Origin: Micropepsaceae bacterium
Lineage (GTDB): Bacteria; Pseudomonadota; Alphaproteobacteria; Micropepsales; Micropepsaceae
Length of the DNA stretch: 63,171 nt
Reading direction: 5' to 3'
NCBI GenBank assembly: GCA_036840015.1
Contig: DAISVV010000001.1
Span: 1-63,171, forward strand
In this document: piece by piece, positions 31,574 through 43,201 of the stretch
Layout of the letters: each line of letters starts with the position of its first letter
Position numbering within the stretch: position 1 is the first letter of the stretch
The notes under the pieces: model-generated
The model's database searches: none
What the model was told of the DNA's origin: nothing
The model's input: only the letters and a program-made list of their open reading frames with translations
Made by a program: the position numbers and the translations under genes

Positions 31574-32371
31574 CAGGTCGTGTGTGCGTCGTCCAATTCA
31601 TCGGCACGATGTGCGCCTTAACGCACGATGCGTTGCGTCCTTACAGCCCTGTTTGCTCCGTATACGGATTAATTACAGCATTGCCACATTGACCATGATG
31701 TGGCGCGGGCCTAGATTTCTCCTGCCGCAAGAAATGCCTTTGTTTTCCTATGTGGCGTGCGCGCCGTGTGCGCATTCGCAGTGTTGGATCTTCATCACCG
31801 TGAATCGCATTTAATGACGCGCACAAGCGTTTCAGGGATTCCATTTCGCAAATTCTTCTTGATCCGCGCCGAGATGTTGGATTATGGTTAAACGGTCGCT
31901 TGGAACGCGGATTAAGCCAATGACAAAAACAATTGTTCCAGTTCGTTCAGTGGGTGTTTTCGGAAGCGGTCTTTCGCTTCCTCCAGTCTTCTAGTTCACC
32001 GCCCGGTCCGGGCAACAATCCAGGGTATCGCGTTGAGGTTTCGTGGCGTTCTCGCCGCGGAGGACCGTTGTTGCCTGCGTGGCAGGCAGCAGAAAGTTTT
32101 TCATGTCCGGTTGTTCCCGCTCCTGACGAGGGCGGGGCGGTTTTGCCGGAGAATTCAGGTTTGTGGGGCGTTCGTGTTGGCCGGGTGGTGGTCCGGTCTT
32201 CATTTCCCAGCATAAGGCGGATGGGCTCGGTGGAAGGGGCCCTTTGGACAGGTGTCAGCCTGAGCCTCCGCGAGACGTGCAGAGAGTGTGTGGTCCTGGC
32301 CGGTGCGGGAATATGTAGCCTCCCCACGCTGCCAGGCCGAAGAGGCAATGCAATAGAAGGGAAAAAGAAAA

Positions 32372-33841
32372 GTGACCTCTCAGGAAGCAAAATCCCCCGT
32401 TGGAGATCAGATCGAGGTTGTGTGGCAGCGCGTGCGCGAGCGGCTGAAGCTTGAGCTTGGCGCGCAGCGTTTCCAGTACTGGATCGATCCGCTGAGGCTG
32501 GTGGCGGCCAAGGATGGCCGTGTCGTGATCGCCTGCAACAGCCATTTCGAGCGCGACAAGATCGTGGAAGGCCACGGCGAGCGCATCGCCAACATGATCG
32601 CGGAGATGATCCCGGCCTTCGGCGCGGTGGAATTCGTGGTCGACATGCGTCCGCGTGCCGCGCAGCCGGTGAACCCGGTCCGCACGACGACTGCAGAAGC
32701 GGTGCCGGTCGAGCTTCCTCTGGTGGAGGGTTCGTCCCCGCTCAATCCCGCCTATACGTTCGAGAGCTTTGTCATCGGGCGTACGAACAGCGTCGCTTTC
32801 CAGGAGGCGCGCCGTGTTGCCGAGAGTGATATTCCGGTCGCCAACCCGCTGTTCCTGTTTGGCGCTACGGGGCTTGGCAAGAGCCATCTCATGCATGCGA
32901 TCGCGCGCCAGAAGCTGCTGCGCAATCCAAGCCTGCGGGTGATGCTGATCTCGGCCGAGAATTTCATGCGGCTGTTCATCACGGCCATCAAGGCCAATGA
33001 CACGCTCTCGTTCAAGAACCTGGTGCGCAATGTCGACGTCCTGCTGATCGACGACCTGCATTTCCTCATCGGAAAGGAAGCCACGCAGGAAGAGCTTGTC
33101 GCTGCGCTTGACTCGCTGCTTGACCAGCAGAAGCAGATCATCCTGTCGGCCGACCGGTCGCCGTCGCTGTTCGAGAGCATGTCGGACCGCGCGCGCTCGC
33201 GCCTCATGAGCGGCGCATCGATCGAGATCCAGGCGACGGATTTCGAGCTTCGGCTTGCAATCCTGGAGGCGAAGGCGCGGCAGATGGCCAAGGAGCGTCC
33301 GGGCTTCGTGCTGAACTCGGAGGCCGCGCATTTCATGGCCCAGCGCATCGCGACCAATACGCGGGAGCTTGAAGGTGCGCTGACGCGGGTTGTGACCCAG
33401 AGCAGCGATGGCTCGCGGCCGGTGACCATCGAGAACCTGAATGTCTGGCTGGCTGACTTCCTGCGGGCCTATGACCGGCGGGTGACGATCGAGGAGATCA
33501 AGAAGAAGGTTGCCGAGCACTATGGCCTGAAGGTGGCCGAGCTTGAGTCACCCAACCGTTCGCGCTCCATTGTCAGGCCGCGCCAGATCGCGATGTACCT
33601 GGCAAGGCTGCTGACGCCCCGGTCCTATCCGGAAATCGGGCGCCGGTTCGGCAACCGCGACCACACGACAGTCATGCATGCTGTGGAGACAATCCAGCGG
33701 CTGACCAGCATTGACCCGACGTTTGCCGAGGAGGTCGAGCGGCTTCGTCTTTCGATCCGGAACTGGCCGGTTGAGGGTGGTGCGACACCGCCGCGCCCGC
33801 CTTCCGGCGGCGAGGGTCCTTCCAGGGATGCGCAGGGCTAG
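32372..33841 (+). CDS. dnaA: chromosomal replication initiator DnaA
   Basis: 489 aa. GTG start preceded by a purine-rich gaagggaaaaagaaaa. Walker A GATGLGKSHLMHAI, Walker B VLLIDDLHFL, and domain IV signature IAMYLARLLTPRSYPEIGRRFGNRDHTTVMHA. Confidence 0.97.
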   Translation: MTSQEAKSPVGDQIEVVWQRVRERLKLELGAQRFQYWIDPLRLVAAKDGRVVIACNSHFERDKIVEGHGERIANMIAEMIPAFGAVEFVVDMRPRAAQPVNPVRTTTAEAVPVELPLVEGSSPLNPAYTFESFVIGRTNSVAFQEARRVAESDIPVANPLFLFGATGLGKSHLMHAIARQKLLRNPSLRVMLISAENFMRLFITAIKANDTLSFKNLVRNVDVLLIDDLHFLIGKEATQEELVAALDSLLDQQKQIILSADRSPSLFESMSDRARSRLMSGASIEIQATDFELRLAILEAKARQMAKERPGFVLNSEAAHFMAQRIATNTRELEGALTRVVTQSSDGSRPVTIENLNVWLADFLRAYDRRVTIEEIKKKVAEHYGLKVAELESPNRSRSIVRPRQIAMYLARLLTPRSYPEIGRRFGNRDHTTVMHAVETIQRLTSIDPTFAEEVERLRLSIRNWPVEGGATPPRPPSGGEGPSRDAQG

Positions 33842-33857
33842 AAACGCAAGCCCGATC

Positions 33858-33934
33858 AACGGTTTATATCCTTAGTACAAACGGCGCTCCGGGGACGATT
33901 TCTGTTCCCTTGGGGCGCCGTAAACCGTTATAAT
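33858..33934 (+). promoter_or_regulatory. nested inverted repeat plus a perfect TATAAT in the dnaA-dnaN spacer
   Basis: The outer arms are aacggttta (33858-33866) and taaaccgtt (33921-33929). The inner arms are acggcgc (33881-33887) and gcgccgt (33915-33921). TATAAT at 33929-33934 overlaps the 3' arm. Confidence 0.45.
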
Positions 33935-34044
33935 CGCGCGTTGCAGTGCCGCGAAATCTGGTGCCGGTTTCCCCCTCGTGCGGGTCCGGGCCTTATTGCG
34001 CCCGCGGCGCGTCCCTCCAATCAGGCCTAACTCCGGAACCGGCA

Positions 34045-35163
34045 ATGCGCATAACGATCGAGCGGGCTAGCTTCCTCAAGTCGCTGAACCACGTGCAGAG
34101 CGTCGTCGAGCGACGCAATACGATCCCCATCCTGTCGAACGTGCTCCTGCAGGCGCGGGAGGGAAAGCTGTCGCTGACGGCGACCGACATGGACATCGAG
34201 GTGGTCGAGACGGTCGATGCCGATGTTGCGCGCGCCGGGGCCACGACCGTTTCGGCGCACACGCTCTATGACATCGTGCGCAAGCTGCCGGAAGGGGCGC
34301 AGGTCCAGCTGGAATTCGCCGAGGCGGATGGGCGGCTGGTGCTGTCGGCCGGCCGGTCGCGCTTCCAGCTGCAGGCGCTGCCGAAGGACGATTTTCCGGC
34401 CATGCCGTCCGGCACGCTGCCGCACATGTTCAAGCTTTCCGTGCCCGAGCTCATCGCGCTGATCGACAAGACGCGCTTTGCGGTGTCGACGGAGGAGACG
34501 CGGCATTACCTGAATGGCATCTACCTTCATGCCCATGGCGAGAAGGGCAAGGTCCTGCTGAAGGCCGTTGCCACGGACGGGCACCGGCTTGCCCGTTTCG
34601 AGCTGCCGGCGCCGAAGGGCGCGAACGAGCTCACCGGCGTGATCATCCCGCGCAAGGCCATCAACGAGGTGCGCAAACTGCTCGAGGATGCCGACAGCGA
34701 GGTCGAGATTTCGCTCTCTGACACGAAGGTGCGCTTCCAGCTTGCGTCGCTGACGCTGACCTCGAAGCTGATCGACGGCACCTTCCCGGATTACCAGCGC
34801 GTCATTCCGACCGGCAACGACAAGGCGCTCGAGGTCAATCGTGATGAACTCAAGGCAGCTGTTGATCGCGTTTCTGCGGTCGCCAGCGAAAAGACCCGCG
34901 CGGTGCGCCTGAACATCGACAAGGGCAAGCTGGTGCTGAGCGTGGTCAGTCCGGAAGCCGGCACAGCCACCGAGGAAATCCCGGTCAGCTACCAGCATCC
35001 GGCGATGGAGATCGGCTTCAACGCCCGCTACATCCTGGATATTCTCGAGCGCATCGACGGGGAGACGGCGGTGTTCCTGTTCTCGGATCCCGGATCGCCG
35101 ACACTGGTGCGCGAGAGCGAAGGCAATGCCGCGCTCTACGTGCTCATGCCGATGCGGGTGTGA
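34045..35163 (+). CDS. dnaN: DNA polymerase III beta sliding clamp
   Basis: 372 aa from ATG 34045. MRITIERASFLKSLNHVQSVVERRNTIPILSNVLL, LIDGTFPDYQRVIP. The ORF track opens it earlier, at 33946. Confidence 0.96.
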   Translation: MRITIERASFLKSLNHVQSVVERRNTIPILSNVLLQAREGKLSLTATDMDIEVVETVDADVARAGATTVSAHTLYDIVRKLPEGAQVQLEFAEADGRLVLSAGRSRFQLQALPKDDFPAMPSGTLPHMFKLSVPELIALIDKTRFAVSTEETRHYLNGIYLHAHGEKGKVLLKAVATDGHRLARFELPAPKGANELTGVIIPRKAINEVRKLLEDADSEVEISLSDTKVRFQLASLTLTSKLIDGTFPDYQRVIPTGNDKALEVNRDELKAAVDRVSAVASEKTRAVRLNIDKGKLVLSVVSPEAGTATEEIPVSYQHPAMEIGFNARYILDILERIDGETAVFLFSDPGSPTLVRESEGNAALYVLMPMRV

Positions 35164-36380
35164 GCACTGTCGAGGGTACTGCAAAGATGAGCGTCCGGGA
35201 GCCCATGGTGGCGATGGCCCACAGAGCGGTGCTGCAATGCGCCGTGACGCGGCTGATGCTGACCAATTTCCGGTCCTACGGCATGCTGGACCTGAAGGTT
35301 GACCGGGCGCATGTCGTGCTGGTCGGGCCGAATGGCGCGGGCAAGACGAATGTGCTGGAGGCGCTTTCAATGTTCTCGCCCGGGCGCGGTTTGCGGGGTG
35401 CGCGGCTTGGCGAATTGTCCCGCATGCCGGCGCATGCCAGCGATGCTGCGGCCGAGCGGCCCTGGGCGATCTCGGCGACGGTCAGCGCGTCGGACAGCGC
35501 GTTCCAGGTGGGTGTTGGTTTCCTGCCGGGGCAGGGCGAAGGCGACAGTGCCAAGAGGACCGTGCGGATGGATGGTGTGCCGGTCGCCGGCGTCGCGGAG
35601 CTGGCGCAGCATGTCCGGTTGACCTGGCTTTCGCCCGCGATGGACAGGATCTTCGTGGAAGGCGCCTCGGAACGGCGGCGCTTCCTTGACCGGCTGATCT
35701 CAAGCTTCGATCCCATGCATGCGCGCCGCTGGAACCGTTACGAGACCGCCATGCGCGAACGCATCGGCGCCCTGCGCAGCGGTGCGGGTGAGGGCTGGCT
35801 CTCGGCGCTCGAGCAGACGATGGCCGAGACGGGTGTTACGGTATCTGCCTCGCGACTGGCGGGCCTTGCGCAGCTGGCGGCGGCGATGGACCAGCAGGGG
35901 GGAACGCCGTTTCCACGGGCCGACATGGCCCTGTCCGGTTTCCTCGAGCAGGGGCTTGGCACGCATGCGGCCGTCGATGTGGAGGATTCCTTCCTGGCGC
36001 GCCTGAGGGCGAACCGCGGGCGTGACCTTGATGCAGGCCGCACGCATGACGGGCCGCATGCGACCGACTTCCTGGTTTCCCATCGCGAAAAGGGGCGGGC
36101 GGCGGAGAATTGCTCGACGGGCGAGCAGAAGGCGCTGCTGATCCGGATCGTACTTGCCTCGGCGTCGCTGCCGGCACCAGGCGCCCCTGAGAAGCCCGTG
36201 CTGCTGCTCGACGAGGTGGCCGCGCATCTCGACGACGTTCGCCGGCGGGCGCTTTTCGAGGAGATCGAGGCGCTTGGCGTGCAGGCCTGGCTGACCGGGA
36301 CTGATGCGCCGCTGTTTGCCGGGCTGGAGGGGCGTGCGCAATTCATGCGCGTGGCCGACAGCCAGATCCGGCCCTTGTGA
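35160..36380 (+). CDS. recF: DNA replication/repair protein RecF
   Basis: LMLTNFRSYG, Walker A GPNGAGKTNVLEA, signature STGEQKALL, Walker B LLLDEVAAHLD. GTG 35160 overlaps the dnaN stop. ATG 35187 is an alternative start. Confidence 0.92.
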   Translation: MSTVEGTAKMSVREPMVAMAHRAVLQCAVTRLMLTNFRSYGMLDLKVDRAHVVLVGPNGAGKTNVLEALSMFSPGRGLRGARLGELSRMPAHASDAAAERPWAISATVSASDSAFQVGVGFLPGQGEGDSAKRTVRMDGVPVAGVAELAQHVRLTWLSPAMDRIFVEGASERRRFLDRLISSFDPMHARRWNRYETAMRERIGALRSGAGEGWLSALEQTMAETGVTVSASRLAGLAQLAAAMDQQGGTPFPRADMALSGFLEQGLGTHAAVDVEDSFLARLRANRGRDLDAGRTHDGPHATDFLVSHREKGRAAENCSTGEQKALLIRIVLASASLPAPGAPEKPVLLLDEVAAHLDDVRRRALFEEIEALGVQAWLTGTDAPLFAGLEGRAQFMRVADSQIRPL

Positions 36381-36418
36381 TTGCTGCCTGCGGAAGCGGG
36401 CTCATTGAAACTGATTGA

Positions 36419-38854
<2,436 letters not shown>

Positions 38855-38872
38855 GAAAGGTTGCCGCGCGCC

Positions 38873-39544
38873 ATGAATGTCAGCGAAGCCATCAATACCC
38901 GCCTGACTGCCCGGGCGTTCCTTGATACGCCGGTCGACGGCCGGGTGATCCGCGAGATCCTGGAGACGGCCAAGCGGGCGCCATCGGGCGGCAACCTGCA
39001 GCCGTGGCACGTGTGGGTGGTAGGCGGAGAGGACCTTGTCCGTTTCAAGGCGCTGATCCGCGAGAAGATGTCGGCAAGCCCGCGGGGCGAAGGGACCGAA
39101 TACAATATCTATCCGCCGGAGCTGAAGGAGCCCTACAAGTCCCGCCGGTTCAAGGTGGGCGAGGACATGTATGCGACCATCGGCGTGGCTCGCGAGGACA
39201 AGCTTGGGCGCCTGATGCAGTTTGCGCGGAACTTCGAGTTCTTCGGCGCACCGTGCGCGATGTTCTTTGCGATCGACCGGCAGATGCAGCAGGGGCAGTG
39301 GGCCGACCTTGGCATGTTCATGCAGTCGATCATGCTGCTCGCACGCGAGCATGGGCTGCATACGGCGCCGCAGGAGGCGTGGGCGATCTGGCACAAGACG
39401 GTGGGTGAGTTCCTGTCGATCCCGCCGGAGCTGATGCTGTTCTGCGGGATGGGGATTGGCACCATCGATCCCAACGCGGCGATCAACGGCTTGCGCAGCG
39501 ACCGGGCGCCGCTCGGGGAATTTGCGAGCTTCAAGGGTATCTGA
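38873..39544 (+). CDS. NAD(P)H nitroreductase-family flavoprotein
   Basis: 223 aa from ATG 38873. TARAFLDTPV...ILETAKRAPSGGNLQPW is a typical nitroreductase N-terminus. APCAMFFAIDR also fits. Confidence 0.8.
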   Translation: MNVSEAINTRLTARAFLDTPVDGRVIREILETAKRAPSGGNLQPWHVWVVGGEDLVRFKALIREKMSASPRGEGTEYNIYPPELKEPYKSRRFKVGEDMYATIGVAREDKLGRLMQFARNFEFFGAPCAMFFAIDRQMQQGQWADLGMFMQSIMLLAREHGLHTAPQEAWAIWHKTVGEFLSIPPELMLFCGMGIGTIDPNAAINGLRSDRAPLGEFASFKGI

Positions 39545-39557
39545 GGGGCGGTGCTGG

Positions 39558-40013
39558 TCAGCCCGCTGCGGCCTTTGCCTTCAGCGCGATGCGCTCGCGT
39601 TCGGCCAGCGGGATCTCGAGTTCCTCTGCCACGCGGTTCAGCATCATGGATTCGAGGTTGTGCAGCTGGCCGTCTGACATCGCGATCTCCCAGAGCTTTT
39701 CCAGGACGTCGATCCGTTCGGCCATGTCGAAGCCGCGCTTGATGGCCTGGCAGAAGATCCAGTCATGCCAGGTGCCTGCCTGGCGTATCTCGGCCAATGC
39801 GAGAAGCTCGCGGGCCTTCTGCGGCGGCAGCTTCAGCGTTTCGCGGATGATCCGGACGATGGTTCCCTGTTCGAAGGCCTCGTAGTGGCCATCCATGCGG
39901 GAGGCCTCGACCAGCAGCGCTGCCACGGCCACGTGGGCGCGTTCGAAGGGGTCAGGGTTGATCGCGCCCTGTTCCATGCGCGCGTCGAGATAGGCGATGA
40001 TCCGGTCGAGCAT
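39558..40013 (-). CDS. TerB-like (tellurite-resistance TerB/DjlA N-domain fold) protein
   Basis: 151 aa from ATG 40013. AVAALLVEASRMDGHYEAFEQGTIVRII and WEIAMSDGQLHNLESMMLNRVAEELEI form the two-repeat TerB pattern. Confidence 0.6.
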   Translation of the reverse strand: MLDRIIAYLDARMEQGAINPDPFERAHVAVAALLVEASRMDGHYEAFEQGTIVRIIRETLKLPPQKARELLALAEIRQAGTWHDWIFCQAIKRGFDMAERIDVLEKLWEIAMSDGQLHNLESMMLNRVAEELEIPLAERERIALKAKAAAG

Positions 40014-40132
40014 CCGTCCTGGTTCCTGAGCCCTTGTGCAGGAGGATTTGCCACAAAAAAGAGGGCCAGAACATCCCTGTCCCGGCCCCCCCTGACTGGC
40101 AAGACGCGAGGGCACTCAAGACGCCAGGGCAC

Positions 40133-40383
40133 TCAGTGCCAGTGGCCTCCCGGTTCGGGGCCCGGTAGGGCCGTTTCTTGCGCGGCATGAGCATGAAGGT
40201 CAGCAGGATGCCCATGCATGCCTGGAACCTGAGGGACGAGAACGACCATGTCGAGACGCCCATCGCGAAGTTCAGGGCGGTGAAGGAAACACCGTTGCCC
40301 GTCTCGAGGGTCGTCTCCTCGCAGGCCTCTGTGATGCTCAGCCCCTTCGGGAGGTGAGGCTGCATCCGATTGCAATGACCGCG
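40133..40383 (-). pseudogene. decayed 3' fragment of an RND/MMPL-like transporter gene, paralogous to the intact gene just upstream
   Basis: The translation NRMQPHLPKGLSITEACEETTLETGNGVSFTALNFAMGVSTWSFSSLRFQACMGILLTFMLMPRKKRPY matches NRLQYHLSRGQNITDAYAETVLETGNGVFYTALNFAIGVSTWSLSPLKFQADMGLLLTFMFM...PRKKLPY of the 913-aa gene. DNA identity is about 80% by hand alignment. The fragment has a 63-nt internal deletion and a 1-nt deletion that shifts the last codons. No 5' part is present. Confidence 0.8.
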
Positions 40384-40384
40384 T

Positions 40385-40421
40385 AAAAAAAAAGACACCC
40401 GCTTCTGTTCGAAGCGGGTGT
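40385..40421 (-). terminator. rho-independent terminator of the RND-like gene
   Basis: On the minus strand: gacacccgcttc-gaac-gaagcgggtgtc forms a perfect 12-bp stem, followed by ttttttttt. It lies 38 nt after the stop codon. Confidence 0.85.
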
Positions 40422-40459
40422 CCCTGAAATTCAACCAGAGAGCATGTTCTCCGGTGATG

Positions 40460-43201
40460 TCATTGCCAGTGGCCTCCCGGCTCGGGGCCCGCGTAGGGCA
40501 GTTTCTTGCGCGGGAAGACGGTGTCGATGACGACCGCAAGACCCGGCAGGGCCGTCAGCGCCATGATCATGTTGACCATGAACATGAAGGTCAGCAGCAA
40601 GCCCATGTCGGCCTGGAACTTCAGGGGCGACAAGGACCAGGTCGACACACCGATCGCGAAATTCAGCGCGGTGTAGAAGACGCCGTTTCCGGTTTCCAGA
40701 ACGGTTTCTGCGTAGGCGTCGGTGATGTTCTGGCCGCGCGACAGATGATACTGGAGGCGGTTGTAGATGTAGTAGGCGTAGTCGATGCCGATGCCTACGA
40801 CGAGCACGATCACCGGCAGCGTCGATACCTTCAGGCCGATGTCCAGTTCCATCATGAACCAATAGCCGAAGAACGTGGCGTAGGTCAGCGGCAGCAGACA
40901 GCCGATGGCGGCGCGGATGTCCCAATAGGTGATGTAGGTCAGGAAGATCACGATCGCGTAGACGATCAGTACCGAGGGCAGTTCGTAGGTATGAACCGTC
41001 TCATTGACCGCTGCTGTCACACCTGAGTTGCCCGAGGCCATCCGGATCGAGAAGGAATCCGGCACGCCGTCAATCACGAAGAGTTCGGCGTTCGCGAATT
41101 CGGGCTTTGCAATGAGGGCTGCAAGACCGACCTGGGCCTTGCCGTCCTTGCCGGGCGTGACTTCGAGCGTGCCTTCGGCACCCTTCACGGGCTCACCCAC
41201 CAGACCGGTCAGCTCGAACCTGTCGGGTGGCGGCGGCAGATAGCCCTTCACCGTCCAGGTCTGTGGCTGGTCCTTGGCGAGTGCCGGGGCCGTGTAGACA
41301 AGGCCTTCCGCCTGGTCGCGCGAGAGGGTCCAGCTCGTGGTCGGGCTCTGCTCGTCGCGGATCGGCTTGCCGTCCGGCAGGAACTGGGGCGGCATCACGC
41401 GTGTGCCATTGGGGCGGCCTGCGGAGAGCACCGGAGTGAACCCTCGCGCTTGCGTCCATGCATTCACGGCCTCGACCACTTTCTTGATGGTCGTCGCCTT
41501 GCCGTCTTCCAGGAAGATCTGGAGCGGCATGATCGTGCAGTTGTTGTCGAGCAGGCCGGAGGATGACCCGATTGGGCCGGTGGCCTGCACGAGAGCCGAG
41601 CGATCGTGGGGCAGGGCGCGCCATTTCAGGTTGCCCTCGTTCCAGCCCGCTGCAATCGACTTGGCGGTGAACGCGGCGCTCTGGACATCACGCACGCCCT
41701 CGACGTTGCGCATGTACCAGCTGAACTCGTTCATGTAGACCATCGAGTCGTAGTCCACGCAGGACTCCGGCGGGGTTTCGACGATCACGGTGAACAGGTC
41801 GAGGCCCAGCGAGAACTTCTCTGAGATCAGCTTGGCATCGACGTTGTAGCGCGAGTCCGGGCGCAGCTCGGGCGAGCCGGCGTGCAGGTCGCCGATGTGG
41901 CGCTCGTTGCTCTTGTAGACCGCAAAGCAGAAGGCAATGAAGAAGCCTGCCGATACCGGGAAGGCCACGGCGGGCTTTCCGAAGACGGCCATCAGCTTCA
42001 TCCAGCGCAGGCGGCGTTCGCGTGCCTGCGCGACCTTCTCGCGATAGTTCTCGGGGAAGGTGAAGTAGGTCATCATGACCGGCAGCATGATCAGGTTCGT
42101 CACGATCTTGAGGATCGTACCGATGGCGGCCGTGATGGCGAGTTCCTGGATCTGCGGAATCGGGACGATGTAAAGCGCCGCAAAGCCGACGGCGTCGGTC
42201 AGGATCGAGATGGTGCCCGGGACCAGGAGGCCGCGGAAGCTCGATCGGCCAGCCTTTTCCGGGTTCGAGCCGTGCGCCAGCTCGGCGGTTATCATGTTCA
42301 GCTGCTGGACGCCGTGACTGGTGCCGATGGCGAACACGAGGAAGGGCACGAGGATCGCCAGCGGGTCGAGGCCGAAGCCCAGCAGCGTGATCAGGCCGAA
42401 CTGCCAGACGACCGAGGTTGCCGAGCAGAACACCGTCAACCATGTCAGCTTCCAGTCGCGGCAGTAGAGCCAGAGCGAGAGAACCGTCAGGACGAAGGCG
42501 ATGGCGAAGAATTTGGGTGCTTCCTCGATGCCGCCCTTGGCGATGTCGGAGATGCTCTTGGCGAAGCCGATGATGTGGACCTGCAGCCCGTCCTTCTCGA
42601 ACTTTGCGCGGATCTTGGACTCGAGTTCCTCACCGAGGGCGATGTAGTCGAGCCGCTTCTGGGTGGCCGGGTCGTACTCCAGCAGTTCGGTGACGACCAT
42701 CGCGGCCGTGAAGTCGTTTGACACCAGGCGGCCCACAAGGTTGCCCTTCAGGACGTCATTGCGCAGCTGCTTGATGGCGGCGCCTTCCATCTCTTCGGGC
42801 GTGATCGTGCCCGGGATAACGTCGCGGGCGTTTATGCCGTCTTCGGTGATCTCCAGAATGCGGGTGTTCGGTGTCCAGAGGCTGGTGACGGTCCTGCGGT
42901 CGACGCCGGGAAGGTAGAAAATGTCCTGCGTGATGTCGTTGAGGGTCTTCAGGAACTCCTTGTTCCAGATCTCACCCTTGGTGTTGCGAAGGACGATGAT
43001 GACGCGATTGGCGCCAAACAGACGGTCCTGATACTCGAGGAATGTCTCGATGTAGGGGTGGTTGGTCGGCATGCCCTTGTAGAAGCCCGCGTCCATGCGC
43101 AGCTTCGTGGCTTCGAGGCCGAGGACAATGGTCAACAACGCCAGCGAGGCAAGAAAGAGCACGCGGCCACGAAAGAAAATCGTTTCAAGAAAGGTAATCA
43201 T
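40460..43201 (-). CDS. RND-superfamily (MMPL/HpnN-like) inner-membrane transporter; no adaptor or outer-membrane partner gene adjacent
   Basis: 913 aa. N-terminal TM helix, a large soluble loop, a 5-TM block (FFAIAFVLTVLSLWLY...GTSHGVQQLN...), a second loop of about 300 aa, and a second TM block (LIVYAIVIFLTYITYW...VLVVGIGIDYAYYIYNR). This is the RND 1+5/1+5 topology. Confidence 0.8.
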   Translation of the reverse strand: MITFLETIFFRGRVLFLASLALLTIVLGLEATKLRMDAGFYKGMPTNHPYIETFLEYQDRLFGANRVIIVLRNTKGEIWNKEFLKTLNDITQDIFYLPGVDRRTVTSLWTPNTRILEITEDGINARDVIPGTITPEEMEGAAIKQLRNDVLKGNLVGRLVSNDFTAAMVVTELLEYDPATQKRLDYIALGEELESKIRAKFEKDGLQVHIIGFAKSISDIAKGGIEEAPKFFAIAFVLTVLSLWLYCRDWKLTWLTVFCSATSVVWQFGLITLLGFGLDPLAILVPFLVFAIGTSHGVQQLNMITAELAHGSNPEKAGRSSFRGLLVPGTISILTDAVGFAALYIVPIPQIQELAITAAIGTILKIVTNLIMLPVMMTYFTFPENYREKVAQARERRLRWMKLMAVFGKPAVAFPVSAGFFIAFCFAVYKSNERHIGDLHAGSPELRPDSRYNVDAKLISEKFSLGLDLFTVIVETPPESCVDYDSMVYMNEFSWYMRNVEGVRDVQSAAFTAKSIAAGWNEGNLKWRALPHDRSALVQATGPIGSSSGLLDNNCTIMPLQIFLEDGKATTIKKVVEAVNAWTQARGFTPVLSAGRPNGTRVMPPQFLPDGKPIRDEQSPTTSWTLSRDQAEGLVYTAPALAKDQPQTWTVKGYLPPPPDRFELTGLVGEPVKGAEGTLEVTPGKDGKAQVGLAALIAKPEFANAELFVIDGVPDSFSIRMASGNSGVTAAVNETVHTYELPSVLIVYAIVIFLTYITYWDIRAAIGCLLPLTYATFFGYWFMMELDIGLKVSTLPVIVLVVGIGIDYAYYIYNRLQYHLSRGQNITDAYAETVLETGNGVFYTALNFAIGVSTWSLSPLKFQADMGLLLTFMFMVNMIMALTALPGLAVVIDTVFPRKKLPYAGPEPGGHWQ

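Noticed and set aside
31574-32371. Chromosomal replication origin (oriC) upstream of dnaA
   Set aside because: I could not find DnaA boxes better than 6/9 matches to TTATCCACA. I also found no clustered boxes or obvious 13-mer-type AT repeats. In many alphaproteobacteria oriC lies near hemE rather than dnaA. I kept the region as a finding only for its unusual length and structure.
39952-40539. 195-aa and 80-aa minus-strand ORFs covering 39952-40539 and 40133-40375
   Set aside because: They run through the TerB gene start, the transporter relic, the terminator hairpin and the 3' end of the intact RND gene. Only the middle part has homology, and that part is the decayed fragment. They are not a functional gene.
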